Assembly: GCA_018985225.1 (NCBI GenBank)
Contig: JADGIF010000062.1
Span: 1 to 24,072 of the forward strand
Direction of reading: 5' to 3'
Length of the DNA: 24,072 nt
Origin: Amoeboradix gromovi X-113
Lineage: Eukaryota; Fungi; Sanchytriomycota
Of the stretch, positions 16,801 to 24,072 are shown piece after piece. The notes below the pieces were generated by a model. That model worked only from the letters and a program-made list of their open reading frames with translations, was not told where the DNA came from and did no database searches. Position numbers and translations under genes: made by a program. Each line of letters starts with the position of its first letter. Position 1 is the first letter of the stretch.

Positions 16801-19800
16801 GTCCGCAACCACTCCGTCCCACGATTGCTTACCAATTAAGTAGTACATTCGACTAAATGAATTGTTAATTAGGTGCGACTCATAATAATTTATAAATTTG
16901 GATTTAATGTCAAAATTGCAATGACCAAAAGCACTCATAAAAACAGGTTCTAGCAACATGGTTAGTTCGGTATTCTTGTAGGTAGGATTGTTATAAATAT
17001 CAAAGACAGCATTATAATAAATAAATGAGAATGAATCTTCTGGAGTTGCTGCGTTTGCACTCGTATTAGCATTGCTTGCTTCCAAAAATAATTTAATCAA
17101 GTATCCCATTTCTTTAACTGACATTATACTTGTTTTACTAATTATAGCCTTAAAAAGCAAAGTGGATTCGCTGTTAGACTTGCTGAGTCTAATCAATCTG
17201 GTTAATGAATCGACAAACTTAAACCTAAGGGTACCAAGCATAGAGATCATTTTAAACAATAGCTCGGTAATAATCAACGTTTGATCAAACGAATACAAAT
17301 CACTGCTATACCATCCTGTTATAACATCATTATAGCAAGTGATTGTGAATTCAACAAAACCCTCGCACAGCTCTTTTTTAAATTGCAGTAACACATCAAT
17401 GCTGATAATAGCCATATATCTGTTATTCCTGGACAACTCAATAGCGATGTTAGCAACATGCTTGCAGAGTACGTCCCCAGCTTCTTCTCCTTCATTGCTG
17501 AAGTGCTGTGTTGACTTTAATACAGATTGCAGCAAGGTATGAATGTCATTATAACACGTAAAATCAGATTTGAGAACTAGTTCCAGTAGAGAACTAATAG
17601 TATTATGAGATTGTAGAGTCCAATGGTTATTCATGTGCAGTACATCTACTGATGTAATGACTAGCAAGTATTCAATAAACAACTTGTACGATACCATTGC
17701 TATTGGCATAATGTTAGTTGCATCTAGCAACACAACAATATCATTTAGCTGCAATAAAGGAGCATTTATGGTATTAATCAAAGAATTTAATCTATCGTTT
17801 AGCTTATTTAACCAATAAAATCTCTTAACCGCTGTACTGGTAGCGATGGCATGCATAAAACGGATCATCGCATTGACCATCACTCCTGTTGTAGGGATGC
17901 TTGTAGAGCTAGTGTAACAATCTGATAAAAATACAAACAGGTCCACAACAATACTTCTTAGTTCAATTCCTACCAGAGTAATCATCTTGTACAATGGGTT
18001 AACCAACAACTCATACAAACAGGTACCATCACTGTTAACAGTATTTAAATGCTGCAGAAACATTGGAGAATGCTGGATTATTAATTTATAAATGTTGACC
18101 ACAACGTGAGGAGTTAGTTCGTCTTTCAACAAACTAGATATTATGGCAATATATTCTGGAGGATTAGAAATGGCCGGGATATTCGGATTACTATTCGCAA
18201 CGCCTGTATCCATATGATTGGCAATGGCACCACCTGGACTTGAGGTTGCTGAATTACCAATGTCTACTTTGTTGTAATACTCCATCATTATAGCCATTGC
18301 TTGGTGTAGAACATCTACACACTCCATGATATTAAATGATTTCAGCATCAACGTAAATATAGAGGAGATGTATTGCCTAGGAATGTCATATTGCTTTAAG
18401 CAAAGAGCACATGTTAATGCTAATTCCCCTTTGAGCTTGTACAGCGATTCTTCTTTTTTAAACAATTGGAAGGCAAATTTAATGATCAACCTGCTGGTCC
18501 CCATCTTGCTTAACAATAAGGGAGACTTTATGACAAAATATTGAGTTATTTTCAACCAGCAGTACAGCACGTCCATATTGATATCAGTAGTACTGGTGTC
18601 CCAGATAACAGATTTGGCAGTATTTACCAGTTGAGTGGTTGGATTGTTTAAATGGTCCAGCAAAGGAATTAAAAAAAGGTCAAAGTATACTCTGTTTAAC
18701 GGCGATGTCAAAAATTTGATGATTGTGTTGGATATCAATATATCAGCTGCTGTACAAAGTGAATCGCTTGATAAGTTGGAGTCCGCCGGTACAGGTGAGT
18801 TCTGAGTTGTTACCATGTCTTTTAACATCAACTCAATGTATTCGTTTACGTTTATCAAGTATTCATAATAATCAGCACAGTCGTCATTGAAAAGCACATG
18901 TGCTGTAGTGGGAAGTTTATTAAACATCTTCTTGATTATTTCTAGCGTGAATGAGCCGTATAAATGAATAATTTCACTATAGTAGCATAAATAGTTGATA
19001 GGTTTAACTGTGTTCTTTAATAAGCAGCCGATGCTCTGCAATGAGCATACAGTAAACAAGTTACTGTTCAGACCCAGTATGTGAGCGGAGTATAGTATTC
19101 TAGTATAGTTGTACATTTTAAGAGAGTTGAAGTCATTAATTATTTCTTTCAATCCTATTGTTTTACTACTCAAAAACTCATTCAACACCAAAGTGTTTTT
19201 AAAATATCTAACGCAATACAAGATAACATCTACATGTCCAATATTATCTATGTGCTCACACAAAACATCACTTACTACTACGTAGTACTTCGTAAACATT
19301 AAATCTAAACAGGGCAATATCGGTAAATGCTGTATGTTACTACGCTGCGATAGAGTGCAGTAATATTGTACCATCAAGAATATACATTGCTTCGGGTCTT
19401 CTAAAGGGCATCTGTATAGAGCATCGAAAGAAGCATCCATTATGCCCAATTCTCTGTTGATGCTAAGACTAGTAGTGCTATTAAAAACTCTGTCTAAAAC
19501 AGTGTAGATGGTACTAGAGTAATCTGATTTTGTCATGTTTTGAGGGAACAATTCAATGATCCGAGCAATTCCGCCACTAGAACTATGCGATGCATTTTTA
19601 GACTGAAATGTTAACTGAGGTTTAAGTGCTTCTTTAATATGCGGTCTAGTCAGGTTGTCATGCTGTAAAACATATGGCCTAATCAGTTTTAATTGTTCGA
19701 ATGCCATCGTGGCTATCGAGTGGTCATGGCTGAATATAAGATTTATAGAGCATATCAATATAGGCTTATTAATTAGCAATGGATAATACTTTGGATATTT

Positions 19801-22797
19801 GCTGATGGAGTGTATACAATTTATAGCTGCTTTGTTGATGTCATGGTTACTAGTGCTAAAGAGAACAGATTGTATCCCGTTTAATAGCAGTGCCATGGTA
19901 TCATCAGGGATAACCATGAATGTAATGTACCATCTGATGTTAATTAGCCAAGCAGCTTGTAGAGATGTTTCCAATGCTGTTATTGGTATTTCTAACAAGG
20001 ATTGAACAAATGGACACTCTAATACGTTTGTAGTAAAATCGGGTAGTCTGCTACAGAGCCGAGATATGTTAGCGATGTAAACATCAATTATGTAGTAGTG
20101 ACGATTGAACGCATGTCTCACCATAAAGTTAGATATTTCTTTGTTGATGCCTGTCTTCAATAAGATTACTTCTAACAGTCTAGTAGATTGACTTATCAGG
20201 TCATTGCATATATACCTTGTAGAACATTTAATCAATTGCTTAGATATACCTAAAAGTGCATCAGAGTCATTGGTATTCGAGTTACTGTAATACTCCATCA
20301 GCAGGTTTAGCGCATTTCTAGTAGATGAGTAGCATAGATTAGAAATATTTATGTTGGTACAAATGTAATTAAAATGGATAGATTTCTTAATTATATCGAT
20401 AGAGGATCCAGCATTTAATGAAGTAATGTATGCTTTAGAGATTACTCTAGAATCGATGGCATCCAACTGGGATATGGTAGATTGGTCCAGGATACCAAAA
20501 TGAAATCCATACATAATTAGAGTATGCACTATGGAACTATCGGATTTCGTCAACAAAGAACACGATAGGATAGCCTGCCTTAAAGCGCTAGGTACAGCAA
20601 AAGACGGGTTGATCTCAAAGTTGTTGAATAACGCACACTGTTTAATAAAGGGGTTTAAACACATATTATAGTTGATAGAAGCAGATATCTTGCTGGAATT
20701 AGAAATAGTAAGTGAACAGGGACTAAAGCTGTCAGTAGAATAGTCCAAAAGTATGTTGCTACTAACATGCAGGTCATTAACAAAAGAATCACAGCGTGCC
20801 ATGATTTTGCATAGTATCTTCAGTGAAAGCAGATGAAGGTCATGGTTAATAATGTCAGTGTCATTGCATGTAGTAATAGACTTGAGAGTATCAACCAAGT
20901 CGTTTAAACAGCAGCTAAGCATGGTTTCTAAATTTTCATGCTGTAAGTGATCTAAGCAAGTGTCTAATGTCTTCAGAGCTTGTATTGCAACACTTGAGAT
21001 AGATTCATCATAATCAACATTAATAATATTGGTAAATGGTGCATTTAGCGCTAGTAGTATTGGTTTGACCATGTTTGGCAACAGCGGGATTAGAAATGAT
21101 AATTTGGCAGGAAGTGTTAGAAGAATCTCACTACACAATAAAGAGTGTTGAGGAATGTCAAGTCCACAGTTGATAACAGCAAACAAATCGTTGATACAAG
21201 GTTCTAGGATAGAATAATTGTCATCACGAGGTGAGTTACCGATACTTCTAAATAAATGCTTCATTAACAACAAATATAATGAGCTTCCTGTTTTTATATA
21301 GTGGTCCACTAAATTCCTGACAAATTCGATCATCTCGTGATTTAGAGTCAATACATGCGTTGGGTTGGTGGCGAAAGTCATAAAAGTTAGTTTGGCTATT
21401 CTCATATGTATCTTTAATGTCATGGAATCAAATAGTGTGAATTCGGACAATGATTTGTGGAAATAGCTAAAGAAATGCAATGCCAAAGGACCAGACAATG
21501 TCGGATTACTCAACAAAGATTGGATGAATCCAATCCTTATAGAATGAAATTTGCAGCTAGCAAAAAGTAGTGCAGGTTGGGGCAGAACCGTGGATATCAT
21601 TGTCGCTGGAATTGATGTAAATGTCGTGATTAAAGTTTCAACAACTTCTTGTTCAATCTGGACAGAGATGGTCTTCCAATCAGTTATTAACGTATCTGGC
21701 ACATCCAACGGAGTTCTCTTTAGTCCATTCTGTGTAATTTTGGCTATCCACTCATCTTTTTTGTTAAAATTAACTCCAAACCTTTCTTGATAATGAGCAA
21801 TAGCGGACATCTTAAGAAGAAACTCAGCACTCTGTTTGATCCAGTCATACAACTCAACTGTTATAGGGTCCGGTGCACGCTGCTGATTTTGAACAATAAG
21901 GGACGCTGTAGTTTGTTTTATTCCCATGCTGACTATTCTAAAGGCAATAATTAACTCATCAAAATCTAATTTATCATCGCATACATATAACTTGCCAACT
22001 AGCGGATCAACTATATAATCTAATTCGATGTTTTTTGATTGAAAAGCAGATTTAACATCATCAGTGATCTGAATCTCCTTGACGGCGTAAATCTTAAACA
22101 ATGAATGCAATTTCATGGTGAAGAACACATGAAGTTGTTGCACCATTTTGACATCCGATGCTTTGTCAAGGGTATGCAAAATAGTTTTTAAAAGCATGCA
22201 TAACGTTGATCTTTTCCCTTGAAATTGCGCAGTATACTTCATGTAGATTTGTAATACAACAGACATTTGATCCAATGGAATTTCATTCTTTTTAGTTAGC
22301 ACTAAATCGCCGTATTGTGAATAATAAATTGGATCCATCTTAACAAATATATCTTTAAAATGCATTTGAAGTGCACCATTAGCCAGCAATTGCTTGATAG
22401 GCATTAAAAGCTCACGTGTATGGCTTGGCAGCCATTTATCAATGTAAGGATAGACGTCAGGAATAACCCTGCCCTTGCTTTTGAACCCTAAGTACCCAAG
22501 AGATTTGGAAAGAATTTGAATATTAGTAGTCGTACTCGCCCAATGAACCATGAGCTGAATGCATCCGTTGACATGTTCATCATTGCAGGACATTAAAGTA
22601 GCAGGGATTTCTTTGTAAGGATGATTTTGCAAGACGCTTAGAATTTGAGGCGTGAACTGCGGGTTTTGGCTAAAGATGCTTTGGATACCTTTGCAGTAAC
22701 TAGAAATATCAAAATTACTGCTATTCGAGGCAATGCTGTCTATAAATAGTGGGATTTGTTGAAGAGTAAGTTGCTGATTCTGATTGGGTTGCTGCAT
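13873..22797 (-). CDS. TRA1: Tra1/TRRAP, PIKK-family pseudokinase scaffold of SAGA/NuA4, about 2974 aa (first ATG at 22797; the ORF track starts at TTG 22842)
   Basis: YLLLMKHLFRSIG, EILLTLPAKLSFLIPLLPNMVKPILLAL, QALKTLDTCLDHL, TELTMLLEPVFMSAF, WLECSRQLQQWD; FAT region GFHELAWSFNKLAKIYR...VYSLPNIEISEAFVKLREQAK; YMRLTPIIQEYITTIGIQG; FATC-like end STNPILLAELGMEYVPYF*. Confidence 0.93.
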   Translation of the reverse strand: MQQPNQNQQLTLQQIPLFIDSIASNSSNFDISSYCKGIQSIFSQNPQFTPQILSVLQNHPYKEIPATLMSCNDEHVNGCIQLMVHWASTTTNIQILSKSLGYLGFKSKGRVIPDVYPYIDKWLPSHTRELLMPIKQLLANGALQMHFKDIFVKMDPIYYSQYGDLVLTKKNEIPLDQMSVVLQIYMKYTAQFQGKRSTLCMLLKTILHTLDKASDVKMVQQLHVFFTMKLHSLFKIYAVKEIQITDDVKSAFQSKNIELDYIVDPLVGKLYVCDDKLDFDELIIAFRIVSMGIKQTTASLIVQNQQRAPDPITVELYDWIKQSAEFLLKMSAIAHYQERFGVNFNKKDEWIAKITQNGLKRTPLDVPDTLITDWKTISVQIEQEVVETLITTFTSIPATMISTVLPQPALLFASCKFHSIRIGFIQSLLSNPTLSGPLALHFFSYFHKSLSEFTLFDSMTLKIHMRIAKLTFMTFATNPTHVLTLNHEMIEFVRNLVDHYIKTGSSLYLLLMKHLFRSIGNSPRDDNYSILEPCINDLFAVINCGLDIPQHSLLCSEILLTLPAKLSFLIPLLPNMVKPILLALNAPFTNIINVDYDESISSVAIQALKTLDTCLDHLQHENLETMLSCCLNDLVDTLKSITTCNDTDIINHDLHLLSLKILCKIMARCDSFVNDLHVSSNILLDYSTDSFSPCSLTISNSSKISASINYNMCLNPFIKQCALFNNFEINPSFAVPSALRQAILSCSLLTKSDSSIVHTLIMYGFHFGILDQSTISQLDAIDSRVISKAYITSLNAGSSIDIIKKSIHFNYICTNINISNLCYSSTRNALNLLMEYYSNSNTNDSDALLGISKQLIKCSTRYICNDLISQSTRLLEVILLKTGINKEISNFMVRHAFNRHYYIIDVYIANISRLCSRLPDFTTNVLECPFVQSLLEIPITALETSLQAAWLINIRWYITFMVIPDDTMALLLNGIQSVLFSTSNHDINKAAINCIHSISKYPKYYPLLINKPILICSINLIFSHDHSIATMAFEQLKLIRPYVLQHDNLTRPHIKEALKPQLTFQSKNASHSSSGGIARIIELFPQNMTKSDYSSTIYTVLDRVFNSTTSLSINRELGIMDASFDALYRCPLEDPKQCIFLMVQYYCTLSQRSNIQHLPILPCLDLMFTKYYVVVSDVLCEHIDNIGHVDVILYCVRYFKNTLVLNEFLSSKTIGLKEIINDFNSLKMYNYTRILYSAHILGLNSNLFTVCSLQSIGCLLKNTVKPINYLCYYSEIIHLYGSFTLEIIKKMFNKLPTTAHVLFNDDCADYYEYLINVNEYIELMLKDMVTTQNSPVPADSNLSSDSLCTAADILISNTIIKFLTSPLNRVYFDLFLIPLLDHLNNPTTQLVNTAKSVIWDTSTTDINMDVLYCWLKITQYFVIKSPLLLSKMGTSRLIIKFAFQLFKKEESLYKLKGELALTCALCLKQYDIPRQYISSIFTLMLKSFNIMECVDVLHQAMAIMMEYYNKVDIGNSATSSPGGAIANHMDTGVANSNPNIPAISNPPEYIAIISSLLKDELTPHVVVNIYKLIIQHSPMFLQHLNTVNSDGTCLYELLVNPLYKMITLVGIELRSIVVDLFVFLSDCYTSSTSIPTTGVMVNAMIRFMHAIATSTAVKRFYWLNKLNDRLNSLINTINAPLLQLNDIVVLLDATNIMPIAMVSYKLFIEYLLVITSVDVLHMNNHWTLQSHNTISSLLELVLKSDFTCYNDIHTLLQSVLKSTQHFSNEGEEAGDVLCKHVANIAIELSRNNRYMAIISIDVLLQFKKELCEGFVEFTITCYNDVITGWYSSDLYSFDQTLIITELLFKMISMLGTLRFKFVDSLTRLIRLSKSNSESTLLFKAIISKTSIMSVKEMGYLIKLFLEASNANTSANAATPEDSFSFIYYNAVFDIYNNPTYKNTELTMLLEPVFMSAFGHCNFDIKSKFINYYESHLINNSFSRMYYLIGKQSWDGVVADRASGFIIYLYFIGDYTIHLDNKQSIASDTNSILDIITAFAGTFQIMFPTLWNQFSSSQQIQLQYAFTSCLTNNPTCVNMINTLSNTSIELPPFLVNRALPVVGYGSSSSTYHLALSNALLMNKDYDLLLGLQYHKPLNKPYINIIHSLQQSDYTNAQLQIEQLNVNSLSNNESVFIRESWLECSRQLQQWDLIQEISKHEQWHDLYYISNCHLLDFNSAGQHEQMQTIINQRNALGIQDGSIISAFKLIHSYMGNTVNASVVDNVTSNLQSSIVSSINRNALSVYDCRIYLECLLFDTITSILNKIVDVNTAIEQSSVLNQQCHYFRQFIPNDHDSVDEWSEFIKLRKYSFDLINSKFSTYIPNMQSMLNSGPNGQNSLAFKGFHELAWSFNKLAKIYRVNGLSEHCVNTLNMVYSLPNIEISEAFVKLREQAKLYNADGNTTSGNGLELIKTTNTHYFTSVNKSEFLVYKGHYLCNYNRLDEANEAYMNATQTDKDYYKAWSSWANYHIRHLDLLDNAVLKNCIVCLVNALSCTTNKVLYKQAVSLTWLLTTNQFVSGLSELLNPQFIQLSHFKCNIAELFYLCNGPLNEFASKLLLKLFNLYPNTVFVHLIQQKDNALLPQFKAIHPILFQTMGMVYEKLVELGEIDAMHVDSDATHLDGAPVSIPLPPSLEHYIPFSTMRLPCDSSDGTISKFIGCTMSSNSTVSVNIKILADDGLTYVYNIVNQKVEYPIFRTSQGTFTWSNYHVNKSLQFKKRRVNMPIVNSEYLKDGIILSNIPTSIYLSDLLEGRQLSEYKDAGEFNTLVNKYQNTLRDYLMNRLVASAYYEYRRVFAYSYSMLNSMVYGLDLNVLKLNDFKLSVVNGKVFSITSIFKNKRTISSPIYMRLTPIIQEYITTIGIQGYYRQMMIIMGRGLMDKAEYLRLYLPFEDPESKSKEIDKRFGVLGKLKNDEMISTSTNPILLAELGMEYVPYF

Positions 22798-22948
22798 TGA
22801 AACGAGTTTTAAACCCCAGACAACTTGAAGATGCAAAAACAATTGTTTCGATTTTACACTAGGTCAAATAACACTAGTTGAACTTTGATTCGCAATTCTA
22901 TGTTTTAAATGTAGTTGTTCCCAAGATTGTCGACTTTGAGGAGGAAAC

Positions 22949-23842
22949 ATGAAAACTGTTCAGTTGTATTATGCAACTTGGTCAAAGCCATCAATGAATC
23001 TTTTAAAGGTAGTTGACATTTGGAAAAAAAAATATGAAAACATATCATTTGAATGCATCGATGTCGATGATGAGGATATTGACGTTGCGGGAGTACCTAC
23101 ATTAAAGATGACGGACGCTAAACAAACCAAAGAATATGTTGGCGCCAATGCTCACCTAATTACCAAAATGTTGGACCAACTTGACCTGTCAGAAGACTCT
23201 ATTCCTACAAATAAAGATGAGCCATATAATGAGGCTGTACTGAAGGAACTGGTAAATTCAGCGCCTATCATGATATTTATCAAAGGCACTCCTGCGCAGC
23301 CTAAATGTAAGTTTACTCGAGAGCTGTTGGATATATTTATTAATATAAATGTGCGATTTTCATATTTCAACATATTGTCAAATGAATATGTAAGATTACA
23401 CATGAAGGAATATGCGCAGTGGCCAACTTTTCCACAGGTATGGCTCCATTCGGAGTTTATCGGTGGTCTCGAAATCATCAAAGAGCTTAGAGAATCGAAC
23501 GAATTGTTGTCACTACTCAAGGAACACATATCAGAAACTACGGAAGACAAATGCAACAGGCTAATAAATCAAACAAAGGTCATGATATTTATTAAGGGTT
23601 CGCCTACAGAACCACAATGTGGATTTTCAAGAACTTTGGTTAACTTGTTAAATAGCAACAACATAGACTTTGGATATTTTGATATTTTGAAAGACGAAAA
23701 TGTGCGCCAAACGTTGAAGAATATTCAAGACTGGCCGACTTATCCAATGCTTTTTGTAAGAGGCGAACTAATGGGAGGACTGGATATTGTGAAGGAAATG
23801 CTAGATGGAGAGCTCCAAGACATAATTAGGCAAGAGGTATGA
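22949..23842 (+). CDS. GRX4: Multidomain monothiol glutaredoxin (Grx3/Grx4/GLRX3-PICOT type): Trx-like domain plus two Grx domains, 297 aa
   Basis: Trx-like YYATWSKPS...VAGVPTL; Grx1 PIMIFIKGTPAQPKCKFTR...WPTFPQVWLHSEFIGGLEII; Grx2 VMIFIKGSPTEPQCGFSR...DWPTYPMLFVRGELMGGLDIVKEM. Confidence 0.93.
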   Translation: MKTVQLYYATWSKPSMNLLKVVDIWKKKYENISFECIDVDDEDIDVAGVPTLKMTDAKQTKEYVGANAHLITKMLDQLDLSEDSIPTNKDEPYNEAVLKELVNSAPIMIFIKGTPAQPKCKFTRELLDIFININVRFSYFNILSNEYVRLHMKEYAQWPTFPQVWLHSEFIGGLEIIKELRESNELLSLLKEHISETTEDKCNRLINQTKVMIFIKGSPTEPQCGFSRTLVNLLNSNNIDFGYFDILKDENVRQTLKNIQDWPTYPMLFVRGELMGGLDIVKEMLDGELQDIIRQEV

Positions 23843-23975
23843 TAATAAACAGTTTTTACTATTTTGCAAATATCTTTTGAGGAACAGGACATTTCATTTC
23901 GGACTATGCATGAGCCACTGAACATAATGTCCAAGGGCAGTAGCAGGAACATGACGCGGGACCGAGAGAACTTTC

Positions 23976-24072
23976 AGCTACGGCCATACACACCTGGAAA
24001 TACCTGATCCTGTCAAATTTCAGAAGTCAAGCAGGTGCTGGCATGGTTAGTACTGCCATCGGAGACGGGGTG
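23976..24072 (+). rRNA. 5S rRNA gene (or recent pseudogene), 3' end cut by the window edge
   Basis: AGCTACGGCCATAC start; helix II CACACCTG/CAGGTG-C-TG with the canonical single bulge; helix III ACCTGA/TCAG-AA-GT with the AA bulge; box A AGTCAAGCAGG; loop E/box C TGGTTAGTACT...GGAGAC. Colinear with the eukaryotic 5S consensus. Confidence 0.93.

Noticed and set aside
14375-21790. Seven short + strand ORFs within TRA1
   Set aside because: Antisense shadows of a long conserved CDS, with no motifs.
22938-22948. Shine-Dalgarno-like GAGGAGG just upstream of the glutaredoxin ATG
   Set aside because: The gene and its context are clearly eukaryotic and no other gene shows it; treated as coincidence.
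23886-23932. 7-bp inverted repeat GGACATT...AATGTCC upstream of the 5S gene
   Set aside because: Too short to distinguish from chance, and no snoRNA box C or other RNA signature is recognisable.
23152-23952. Minus-strand ORFs overlapping the glutaredoxin gene
   Set aside because: Shadow ORFs of a strongly supported gene.

Overview
Gene-dense, AT-rich eukaryotic DNA with no introns required in any gene, standard genetic code (TAA/TAG/TGA all used as stops) and very short intergenic spacers. The gene set combines an intraflagellar-transport gene (IFT70/TTC30) with fungal-type genes (Atp18, an Ark1/Prk1-like kinase domain, an Rtt107/Brc1-like BRCT protein), which points to a fast-evolving, reduced zoosporic fungus or close relative (inference). 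In order: the end of a TIR element; IFT70 (-); multi-BRCT protein (+); a small ATP synthase subunit j gene missing from the ORF track (+); a NAK-family pseudokinase fused to a shortened clathrin heavy chain (+); an Est1/SMG7-like protein (-); riboflavin synthase (-); a three-domain HD phosphoesterase / polynucleotide kinase / Rnl1-type RNA ligase (+); a 438-bp non-autonomous TIR element; a shortened Tra1/TRRAP (-); a Trx-Grx-Grx monothiol glutaredoxin (+); and a 5S rRNA gene cut by the window edge. The two most unusual items are the pseudokinase-mini-clathrin fusion and the single-chain HD-PNK-ligase RNA repair enzyme. All homology calls come from motif recognition by eye; no searches were run.
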